From Lytechinus pictus (lineage: Eukaryota), in contig NC_087246.1 in the NCBI RefSeq assembly GCF_037042905.1, forward strand, positions 23,064,001 through 23,128,000: a stretch of DNA of 64,000 bases, written 5' to 3'. The translations under genes were made by a program, and so were the position numbers. Each line of letters begins with the position of its first letter. The stretch's first letter is position 1. Of this stretch, positions 43,042-54,159 are shown in pieces. The notes under the pieces are model-generated. The model did no database searches. It saw only the letters and a program-made list of their open reading frames with translations, and was not told where the DNA came from.

Positions 43042-43204
43042 NNNNNNNNNNNNNNNNNNNNNNNNNNNNNNNNNNNNNNNNNNNNNNNNNNNNNNNNNNN
43101 NNNNNNNNNNNNNNNNNNNNNNNNNNNNNNNNNNNNNNNNNNNNNNNNNNNNNNNNNNNNNNNNNNNNNNNNNNNNNNNNNNNNNNNNNNNNNNNNNNNN
43201 NNNN
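43042..43204. other. Assembly gap (163 N)
   Basis: Run of N. Confidence 1.
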
Positions 43205-43684
43205 AAAAATAGCTATTCATTTTAGTTCAGAATTGAAATTGTTAAGAAGAAATAGCGATGCAATCGCTCTTATGACCTTTCGTATTCACTGGATCAAATA
43301 CAATATGATAGTTTACTTTCCCAGGGCAAGACACATGGTGAAAGGGGTGTCTTATCTAAGGCATAAGGCTGTGTCCACTATGATTACACAACCCTATAGG
43401 CATTCATCTCAACTTACAATTCAACATCTTTCTGTTATAGTGAACGAGAAAAAGCGAGGTTTTTGTCCCATTTCTTTGATTCCACTGTATAAATGCAGAA
43501 GTTTTTTTCCGATTCCAGCTTAAAACGCCATGTTCAGTTTAGGTATGATTTTATAAAGGAGAAAACAAAAATGAACACACAAGAGGCGACAAATATACGC
43601 CAAACCTGTTTTATGTTTTCAACCGACAAGGACTTGTCACAGACATGACTGAATCCCGGTCGTGCAATTCATGTAAGGCAAAAA

Positions 43685-43812
43685 GGTAATTGGGCTAAAT
43701 GGCAGTTATAGGACATGAGACCAGATGGTTAGTACACTAAATGATTGTAGACGAAGTGGGATTAGACCAAATGCATGATTACGTAGAAATAAGTCTAAGT
43801 GGCAATTTGCCC
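43685..43812 (+). repeat. Degenerate ~15-bp tandem repeat (TAGACCAAATGG-like)
   Basis: Recurring GAGACCAGATGG, TACACTAAATGA, TAGACGAAGTGG, TAGACCAAATGC units. Confidence 0.45.
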
Positions 43813-45065
43813 GAGCTATCTGTTAAGCTAATGAAACATCGTTTAAACCTGATACCTACTGGAGCCATGTAATCCCTGTATATAAAGTCTACAAACAAAA
43901 TATAAGAAATAGTAGTCAAGTTTCAGTTTCGGGATCTGATTCAAGAAATTCCCCGGAACACATGAGTGAGATGATAGTTAATATGACATACATATCCCAA
44001 TATTTAAGGCAGATAACTTGACGATTTAATTTAATAAGTTTTAGATCCATCTCCTTCATGCTGACAACAGTACACATGGGCTTTAAGCTGGCCTCTTGAA
44101 AAATTTGTCCGCATTGCGCACCCGGCTCACAACGTGCCCCTCACCGGCAGGCATGGCTTGCAACCTGATGCCAAAGTCGTTTTGATCAGTTTTGCCTTGT
44201 GAATTTAAGAAATTGAATTCGTCTCATTGGCTTGTAATCTGACTTCTCCCACATCAATGTCAAATTGTAGAGGAAGGATACCTGGAGGGAGCCGGCTGGG
44301 TATCGGATTCCAGCCTGTGGAACAAGGGGTCCTGTACGCCTTGTCAATCTGGTTTTGTCTTTACGGTTTGTATTTCACTCTAAATAGGCAATCTGACATG
44401 AATCAGCCAATATGAGGTTTCTGACTTACATTTTCCGCATTGAAACAATCCAATTTAGTATGAGATATATCATTAGAATATTGCTAATATTGCTCTACCA
44501 CTTCTTGCTGAGAAATAGAATAGTCTCACATTTTTTTTAATTTACACCAGTTTCAGGAGCTTATTCTTCTTGCTTTGAAGTGTTAATTTAGGACCTCTTT
44601 CAAAACAAATAATCGACTTGGCACATTTTTCGTTTTTGAGCAAATTACAGGTACAGCCTTGCACAAATTGGATCAGAAAGATATAAAAGTGCACCCATTG
44701 TGGAATTTTCGAAGGTGCTATAGTTCATTTCCCCACTATGACTATGACTATCGAATTTATCTTCACTTTGTCTATCAGCTTGCCCATCTGATTAGCTATA
44801 AGATCCATATAAATACGTTTCTTTAGAAGAAAGAAGATTGTAGACTGTTTGTATGTTACCCATGACTTTGCGCACGACGTGCAACCTATAACTTTGTTTT
44901 TCCTGCATGAACATAATTTGGGTAGAATTTTCTCGAATCCTAATCAAATTTTAGAAATTATAAATTTATGAGACGCTTGTTAGCAGAAGTACTTTTACTT
45001 AAACTTAAACTTGATCTTTAGCCGATGGGAATCACAATCATTGACTGATTTGGCATCCAAGAAAG

Positions 45066-45229
45066 CAGGTGTTTCATAAAGCTGATCGGAAAGTTACGCA
45101 TGAATTTACGCACTGAAACATGTTAGTGAGTGCTATAATCAGCTACATAGAGATACACAATTTAGCTCTGAAAAGGGACACCAATCGTGTGTAAGTGGTG
45201 CGTAACTTCACAAACAACTCTATGAAACC
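45066..45229. mobile_element. Degenerate palindromic MITE related to 27806-28038
   Basis: GGTGTTTCATAAAGCTG...AAGTTACGCA vs TGCGTAACTT...CTCTATGAAACC; a half copy lies at ~51441-51490. Confidence 0.65.
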
Positions 45230-45511
45230 ATATTTTGTATGAAAATTATCTATTGCAAACCAGGTGGTTTCTTTACAAAGAGTACGGGAATAACATACTC
45301 CAGTAGTCAAAGGGTTAATCTCTCTGATCACAAGAGGGTGTCCACGAGGGGAATCGTTTCATATCTACTACTGATAGCGATATAATGGAGAAGTGATTTC
45401 AAAAGACAAGGCACAACTACGTCTGATGCTGAAGGATCCAACGGGCACATTGATTAATTACATGCACTACCAACCTTTTATTGTAGGAATTGTATACATG
45501 GTATACATGGT

Positions 45512-45872
45512 GGAAGAGCCGTGGTGTAGTGGTTCTGACTCTCGCCTTGTAAACAGAGGGTCGTGTGTTCGAATCCCACCGCGGTCTAGCGTCCTTTGGC
45601 AAGGCGTTAATCCACACTTTGCCACTCTCGACCCAGGTGCTAAATGGGTACCCGGTAGGATGCGAAAGATATTGTATGTTTGATTTTGCCAGCGCCATAA
45701 TGAGGCTGCGATGAATGCAAGGAATGCTCCCCAGGGAGTGGAAACTGTGCACTTTTCGTGCGGGATTGAAATGAATCCAATGACCAGGGTAATAATATGC
45801 TGTAACGCGCTTTGAGCCATTCTGGGAAAAGCGCTTTATAAAAATTGGCTATTATTATAAAAATTGGCCATT
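45512..45872 (+). mobile_element. Full-length tRNA-derived SINE with CORE-like centre and L2-like tail
   Basis: A-box TGGTGTAGTGG (45522), B-box GTTCGAATCCC (45567); centre GTCCTTTGGCAAGGCGTTAATCC...AAATGGG resembles the MIR/CORE domain; tail TGTAACGCGCTTTGAG...AAAAGCGCTTTATAAAAATTGGCTATTATT resembles L2/MIR 3' ends; possible TSD ATGGT (45507 and 45873). Confidence 0.9.
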
Positions 45873-46982
45873 ATGGTATAGCTAACGCATGGAGATGTTC
45901 TTCCTTATAGAGCACAACCTCTGACTTGCGATGACCACCTATTTTTATTTATCTTACTGAATGAACAGATTCTCAGCATATCTTTTAAAAAATTGAAGTC
46001 AAGGAAAACAATACGTGGAGAGGGATTGAAACAGAAGAACCCACTAGCCGATTCCCTAATTCCCACGATCTAATCAATTGAAAAGTACGGCGAGCTCTTA
46101 TTTCATGTCAAACATTTGAGAGAACCCAGTGCTTCATGTGCCCTCCTGAATGTTCTCACTTTCAGGGGAGGCTCCAGATTCTCTTAATAAAAGGAGGTGT
46201 TGTAATCATTACGGAAATACATGTAGGCATACATGCTCTCTGACCTTCTGGGTATTCTCAATTGTCTTCTTTAATGCACCTATTCTCGTAACAGTATATT
46301 GAATGTCAAATTTAAAATGACTAGCGGCTCTTTATTTATGCTACTGGTGTCGCATAATGTAAAACACATCTATTCTCGTTGAATGTTACCCCTTCCGTTC
46401 ACCCCTCTTCCAAAATCTGAATGGCCCCAGGGTCCACGGTCTCATTCAAAGCGGGGTAGTATACCGTTTCACACACGTACATCGGATTAAAGAATGATGT
46501 TAATTAAGCAATGCTGAAAAGCCTAGATTTATACGACGAAAGGATAGGTCCAGACGGTGTAAACATAGATCCGGCTGACGGCCAAAAAGGCGGAAATTAG
46601 GAAGGAAGAACTAGGTTAGGCGCATGTTCCAGGGTGCAATCATTTACTCCGTAAATTGGCAACTCTCGCTGGGTATCATGCGCGGGAAAGAATGCTTGTA
46701 TGTTGGTGATCAGCACGTAAATGTATATCTGAGTTAGGATAAATGTGAGGGAAATGTGACATCTCCTGGCAGATTTCATCCGTAGAAATCAGTAAATCGT
46801 GCCGTTTCGCCTGTTATGGAGATCAATAACCAAAATGGATAATGAAGAGGACAAATAAGTGTAGTACGGCCTACGACAGCAGGTTGATGCATATTTATAG
46901 TGTTGTAAAGTAAATTATAATGCATATTTTGTCATGTTTGTTGTTAGAATTGTTAATGTACCGAGTTTTGAAGCAGTATTAT

Positions 46983-47448
46983 GGTGTCACGCGCGTAAAA
47001 CATTCCCCATAGACTTGTGTGTTAGAATGGCACTTTTGAAAAATTCATAAAAAATAAATGTGAAATTAGAGGGTGTAATGTTTACTACCAATGGATAGGA
47101 TATATATCTGACGTTCCAAATCTGACCAGGAAAGGGTACCGTAGCCAGCTCATTTTAAAAATAAATCGCCATTTGTGAAGATAACTATGAATCGATCGAA
47201 TTCATCAACTGGAGCAGTAAAATAGCCCTAATTATTCCGCCAGTCAAAAAATAGTTCCAAGTCACTTATTTATCTTCCCAATTTGGGCAAAGTAAGTTCA
47301 GTAGTTACCATTTCTAGAATCAGTGTTAGATTTTGAATCACATTCATACATTTTTGTCAATCAGCAATATCAAATTGACAAAAATTCGAATGGGTTGGGT
47401 CGAACGAATATCTTTAGCCCTCCTGATGTAATTAGGCTCGTGGAACCT
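46983..47448 (+). mobile_element. ~465-bp non-autonomous DNA element, copy 1
   Basis: Imperfect TIRs GGTGTCACGCGCGTAA / TTAGGCTCGTGGAACC; differs from copy 2 by only two substitutions and one A indel by my alignment. Confidence 0.9.
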
Positions 47449-48421
47449 ATATTATATGACCTATGTATTTTATTTTTTTGAATAGCTACTTTGCTATTCT
47501 TTTATATCTGTACACTCACACTAGCACAAAGAAATGCATTGAAAATTCCTATTTTCTATGCAATGACCCATTTTAATGTGTTACCCATACATGTTATTTT
47601 CACTATATATGGATGTATACAAATCCTACCTGCATAAAGACCAACAGTGAATGCAATGACAATATAGGTCCCTATCAATTGTAATATAAAGGTGTATGTA
47701 AATTCTGTGTAGATATCAGGATACCAGAACTGCCCCAAACATAATTACCAAATATACATGAGATTGGATGAGGAAGCAATAAAAGAATGACATACTACTT
47801 TAGTATATTTGCATTTCCTAGGGCTGTTGTCTCTCAGATGTAAGAAGGAAGAGATACATAAATAGAGAGAGAGAAAGAGAAGGAGAGAGAGAGAAAGAAA
47901 AATAATTTTATAGATGGCATGGCCTAATAAAGAGAGGGGGGGGGCTATTCTAAGATTGCAGCACACAGCCACCCCCCCTCCCTCCTTAGTTGAGCACTAT
48001 TAGATACCTTACCTTACTCTGTACCCTTTTCTAAATACCTTCTTGAAGGTACCACTCTAGTTCTCTTCAGTAAAGTTCTCAAAGTTCTATCTCCTCTCTA
48101 CCTACCCCCTTCCTAAGAACAATTTTAACATGAGCAATTTCTACAGGTCTTTCTAATGCTAAGTAGGTGATGTACACTAACACAAATCAATGATAAATCA
48201 GAACATAAAGAGGCCTTGACTATATACATTGACCAGTCTACATACATTCCTAGGCTACACAGACCTACTAACTTTACCTGATGTAGCCCTGCTAGCCATT
48301 AAATCAATTTTTTTGCACCACTTGATGACTAAACATATTGATATCAGTGAGAAATTGTTTGCTACTGAAGAGTTTGGCCAGGTATTCCATCCACTACTAG
48401 GGATTTCCCATATTACTTACA

Positions 48422-48886
48422 GGTGTCACGCGCGTAAAACATTCCCCATAGACTTGTGTGCTAGAATGGCACTTTTGAAAAATTCATAAAAAATAAATGT
48501 GAAATTAGAGGGTGTAATGTTTACTACCAATGGATAGGATATATATCTGACGTTCCAAATCTGACCAGGAAAGGGTACCGTAGCCAGCTCATTTTAAAAT
48601 AAATCGCCATTTATGAAGATAACTATGAATCGATCGAATTCATCAACTGGAGCAGTAAAATAGCCCTAATTATTCCGCCAGTCAAAAAATAGTTCCAAGT
48701 CACTTATTTATCTTCCCAATTTGGGCAAAGTAAGTTCAGTAGTTACCATTTCTAGAATCAGTGTTAGATTTTGAATCACATTCATACATTTTTGTCAATC
48801 AGCAATATCAAATTGACAAAAATTCGAATGGGTTGGGTCGAACGAATATCTTTAGCCCTCCTGATGTAATTAGGCTCGTGGAACCT
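48422..48886 (+). mobile_element. ~465-bp non-autonomous DNA element, copy 2 (direct repeat of copy 1)
   Basis: Same sequence as 46983-47448 (~99% identical), different flanks. Confidence 0.9.
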
Positions 48887-51749
48887 TATTATGAGAGGAA
48901 GATGGGCTAAGATGAAAACTGGTGAGAAAGCTTAAGAGGAAGGATAACATGTACTGAGAGAGGTATTAAGCAAGAGAGAGAGAGGAAGGGGGGGGGTGAA
49001 AGAAGTGACGGGGAGTACTGAAAACAGAGCTGAGTAGCCTTGCCATTATCATTGTCATCACCCTGCGTATTTGAGTAGCACGCTTTACATTCAATAACGA
49101 ACGCCCATCCATCAATATGATTAATGTACTATGTGTGGTTGACAACTTGTAGGGCTCACAGTTACGGCTCATAACCATCCAATAACAAAAAGAGCTTCTA
49201 TTCAAGTTCTATCCAAATTTTTATACACACACACAAACCCACCCTCACCCTCACCCTTAAGCTCCCACGCACACAAATCATTATTCATCCGTGTGAATTA
49301 TTGTCCGCTGAACAAGTCAAATCTCGTAGTTTACTAGGGTAATTTAGCGGAAAATTGTTGAACGTAAACGAAATAGTACATAGGCCTACCATAGAATAGT
49401 TAAAGCCGACATGCTGGAACACACTGCTTTTTCATTGCAAATTCGTTCATGAATAAAGAGGCTTAAATAATCATGTACTGATTATGAACCAAGGATCCAT
49501 GTGATGTAAACGATTTGGGGGGGGGGGGGGGATTTTGTCCACAAATTTAAACAAGTCATGCAGGTATAGACTTTGATTCTCATGAACAAGTTTTAAGCTT
49601 TACCTAACACTATTATGACCCGACAGTGCTCATACAATATCATTGTCACTGAGGAAATATTTAATAATGTAATTTCCATTGGGTGATTGAGACGCGTGCA
49701 TTTTATCAATGAATCATGCAATATCGACTCATAAAAGACTTCTCTTACGAAAAACAATCTGGACGCGTCCGATTGTCAGGCATGCGATTGATTATGATTT
49801 TCTTCATTTTTTAATTTTTTTTTCTTTACAATACACGCATTTATAGGCGAATTCCGAAATTTGTGCCACAGCCTATGAGACAAGTTTGTCTTGTCCCCTT
49901 TAAAAAGACAAGAAATCAAAAGAAATCGTCGAGTATGTACACGTCCGCTCATCAGAGATGACCGGTTTGAAAAAAAGCGAAGTAAAAAAAATCATGACAA
50001 TAAACCATTATGACACAATATTATTCGATAGTTGGCTTTGCTACAATCAAGAACCACCCGAAAACGAGTGAGTTAATGGGAATAATAAATGTATATTTCA
50101 TTCCTAATCTACTTCAAACATTCAATCTTTCCACGGAGATGATTGAAAGGAAATAGTTTGAACCCTTCTCTTGATGTACTATCGTCCGTAGATATGAACT
50201 GATTATTACAGTCGGAATGATTAGATATACTTCAGCCCTGTACTTCGTAGAAACATAACACACACAAGAGATAGAAACGGGTCACGCTATGCCCACAACG
50301 CTTTTTGGCATAAATATTTAATTAAAAGTAGACTATCCGACTAGCAGACTATAGAAGCAAGGTCAATGATATTCTCCGTAAGGTGATGTGCTATATCAAT
50401 TAGGACGGAAGATCGTCATTTAATTCTCATCTATAAAGTACATGAAACGAACTAATCTATGATTTCATGGACAAGCTTTCTCAAGAGAACACTTCATTTC
50501 TGCAGTCCTCTCCGAATACCCTCATATTTTAATCATTATCAACTATCTTTTCGATTATGAATCTGACAAAGTAATGATCAATTGCCTCAAGCAATGTGTA
50601 AATTTGACACAACAGTTAATTGTTTGCGTACAACTCGTGAATGTGGGATTATGTAATTATGAATGTTTGCGGAAAATCTTGTATCGATCTCTTCGACTTT
50701 GAAAGTTACTTTTACATCACGTCGTTTTGAAAGAGCTCAAAGCCGTCGGTACCCTAGTTTCCTACTTTTTAAAAAATAAAAATACTTGAGAATAACAAGG
50801 AAACATGTTCAAATTCATTAATTGCCCAACAATATGTGTGGACTCTCTCTGATTGAGTGTTATGTATAGCTAGTCTAAAATATACCTTTTGAGACAATAC
50901 ATACATGTACATAATTATATTAGCCTATAATTTGCATGTGAAAGCAAAGGAGAGGAAAGGTACTTGTTTTGCTAATTGGTAGTTGTGCTATGAATGTGTT
51001 GAATAGTGAATTACAATGAAGTATGATAATAATTCAAGCCCGCCCGTACCCCGGTACAAGACAACATTGCTTAGCATGATGCATTATGGGTTAGGGACTT
51101 GGCCAGATTTGACTAGTTTTTTTAATAAAAAGACACAAAAAGAGAAAAAAAGAGGGTGCTATATGCTGAATTGAAATTCTAACGGCTGATAACACATTCA
51201 ATGACCACTGCACTTGTGTAATATTGAAATGATTTGATTTGATTAATTTTAATTGTTTTCTTCTGCATTCATATCAATCCGAATAAAATATTTAGATATA
51301 TTTCAGCGTGGAATGTTATACAATACTCGAGTATAATTCACATTACCGGTTAGTTATCATAGCTTAGATGGGCTTTAAACTTAATATTTAGTACTTTTAA
51401 ATAATTTATATTTGGTATTGAAATGTCAATGTACTTTTTTCTGGGGCGTGTTTCAAAAAGCCGTTCGTAATGTTACGCATCACTTCAGGAAGGATACGGC
51501 AAGCAACTTAGGCGTATTAATCAGTTTAGATTGAACTAGGTCAAGTTGATATATGCGAAAATGTTATCTAATAATGATTCCATTCAGACACACTTTTTAA
51601 GTAATATGATGTAACATCGTAGATGAATTTCACACTTCAGAAATGCGGTCGGATATTATTTTGGCGCTTAAATCCCGGTCGCTAATAAACAAAAATGCGT
51701 AAATTGACGAAGGGTTTTTTGAAGCATATCCACGATAGAATTTCCTTTT

Positions 51750-51878
51750 AATAATGACGATAATAATGATGATGATAATAATAATAACGGTATATTTACC
51801 CAGGGTAGCCACTTCAGTTCCAAAAACTGTGCTCCCAGCGGGCCCTGCTATTATCATTACCTCGGCTAAGCTAGGCAT
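51750..51878 (-). mobile_element. 5'-truncated SINE/LINE 3' tail with (ATT/ATC)n end
   Basis: Minus strand GCAGGGCCCGCTGGGAGCACAGTTTTTGGAACTGAAGTGGCTACCCTGGGTAAATA matches the tail of the 52719 SINE (GAAGTGGCTACCCTGGGTAAATA identical). Confidence 0.8.
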
Positions 51879-52718
51879 AAATTAATGTTTCTATTTAAAA
51901 CTATGGTTTATTGAAACCAAAATGTTTCTTGAGAAGAAGACTACATCCCAATAATATTTTGAACCAACAGAAACATTCTTATTTAGCTCAATCCTCATGA
52001 CTATATAATCACTCTGCTTGGATCAAACCGACACGAAATTAAACCACGTAATATCAATTGACATTTTTTACTTCTTGTTTGTCGAATGTGCTTCTTCGTC
52101 GATGTCTCTACCTAAACGAGCCAGCCTGGGTAGCTATACATGCTTTCATTCCGATGCGATGGGTTCAGCGAAATATCACTACCATGAAAGCGGAAATCGT
52201 GGCGACTGCTCGTCTTCCTCATGTTTGGTTCAACACACAAAACACACAGTGCACAAACACAGCAATGTGGAAGAGGGAGAATGACGTTATTGTATTAGAA
52301 ACCCTCGATTAGTTACAGATACAATCTATGTACACATCTGCACAGTATTTATACAGGGTGTGTCATGAAAAAGAATAAATTCAAAATAAGAAAAACCTTT
52401 CAAAAATGAAATATTGCCAGTTTATTAGATCCTTAACCTTAAAAAGAATATGAGAATATATTGACAAACGAAAAAGGATTATCGATCCTATTTACTTGCA
52501 AAATATGTAAAATCTTATTTTGTTCAATTGACTGAATTTATATTACACGATACGCTTAGGCCTTCGTGAAAAAAATAAACTTTTAGTAATTTTGGAAAGC
52601 ATTTTGCATAAGTGTTTTTCATCTGATGCTCGCATAGGAATCAAGAAAAATAATGCAAAGTCAAAAGCATACCGTTTTCACTTAATCTCCGTAATATTTT
52701 AGTCGAGGATTCAATAGG

Positions 52719-52957
52719 ACCGGCCATGGTGGCCCAGTGGTAGAGCGTCCGCCTCATGAACGGGAGGTCGTGGGTTCGATCCTCGGCCGAGTCATACCAA
52801 AGACTTATAAAAATGGGACCTTCTGCCTTCTTGCTTTGCGCTTAGCATTTAGATTGGAGTAGGGTAATACTAACATATTATGTTATGCAGGGCCCCCTGG
52901 AAGAGCAGTCTTATGATCGAAGTGGCTACCCTGGGTAAATAAAATTTATTATTAATA
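52719..52957 (+). mobile_element. Full-length tRNA-derived SINE with Meta-domain-like centre
   Basis: A-box TGGCCCAGTGG (52730), B-box GGTTCGATCC (52773), anticodon-like loop CTCATGA; centre GTCATACCAAAGACTTATAAAAATGGGACCTTCTGCCTTCTTGCTTTGCGCTTAGCATTTA resembles the MetaSINE domain as I recall it; TSD AATAGG at 52713 and 52958. Confidence 0.9.
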
Positions 52958-54036
52958 AATAGGGGTTGAGCAAAGAAACTGGATTTATTTCGAATTTTCT
53001 ATAAAAAAGCCGCCCCCCCGAAATAAAAAAAATCAGTTCTCATTCCCCAATTAGAAGAAGCAAGAAAACAAGAAAAATAAGCATCTCATTTCGAAAAGGA
53101 ATGGTGGGGGCACAACAATGGTAGGCCATGATGACTGAATCTTTGCCAAAAAATACATGAAATCAGGGCACGTGCCCTATTAAGTGCTCTCCTGGATCCG
53201 AGCCTCTTTTAAATGTGTGTGTGCGTGGGAGGGTGCTTGTGCGAGTGTTTGTGTTGCAATCATAGAGCTAACTCTATATTCTGAATTATAATTTTCATTT
53301 AATATTGATCACCTCGTTAATTAATCTTTCCTGAAAACCATTTATCTTCCATTATAAGTCAGACAGAGTCTGACAATTTTTTTTTCTCCATAGCATTTTT
53401 TTTCTAGGCACTCTGTACTACTTAATTTGTCAGTGTCATTCCACTTTTAAATCGATGGAATTTCATTACTGCATTATGACCTTTATGAGAGACCCTATAC
53501 CTATCAATCATAGCATGATGTATCCAAGCATCATCCCAAAACAAATAGCGTAATCATTTTCATAATAATTTTTATCTATAGTACTCTAGGAAATTAATTC
53601 AAATCGTATTGCATAGTCATCTTTATTTAGAGATAAATGACACATATCTTGTTTGACATGCCTTGATGTGGATATATTGTCTCGGTATTTTGATATTCAC
53701 CAATCTCGTCAGACTTCGTAATGTTGTAGGTTGAATATGTTATACAGATTACCTATCTTTTTGATTTCTTTAACTGGAACGCCTGAATTTCCCCACCCAC
53801 ACCCGTTTCAATTGACTAATCATTTAGGGAAATGCGCTTTAGATGAATAGATTTCACGAAAATGAGACCAATAAGGGTGCAATTATTTCCATTTGAAATT
53901 ATCGAATTCAAACACTACTATTCGAATATCGGCACATCGGCCAATTCGCCACCCCCCCCCAAAAAAAAAAAAAGTTGTTTGGAATTACTCCACTGATTAA
54001 CGTGTATTGTTGTCAGTATTAACATATCATTATGTT

Positions 54037-54159
54037 TTAAAGACCAAGCCAACCCGAACAAAAAGTTGATTTGAATAGAAAGAGCATTGCTACCAGTTTA
54101 TTTTTACATTTTCATTATTTTAAAGTCCACTTTCTGCTTGGATTGACTTGACCTTGTAA
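54037..54159. mobile_element. Internally deleted Kolobok-like MITE
   Basis: TTAA + AGACCAAGCCAACCCGAAC vs GCTTGGATTGACTTGACCT + TGTAA; TTAA target with purine-purine start is Kolobok-like; degenerate. Confidence 0.45.

Noticed and set aside
46983-48886. LTR retrotransposon/TRIM reading of the twin 465-bp repeats
   Set aside because: Repeats end GG...CC(T) with TIR-like symmetry rather than TG...CA, and I see no primer-binding site after copy 1 or polypurine tract before copy 2.
52719-52795. tRNA-Met(CAT) gene
   Set aside because: Acceptor and anticodon stems pair poorly, no oligo-T terminator follows, and it continues into a SINE body with TSD; the same applies to the tRNA-like heads at 45512 and 3108.
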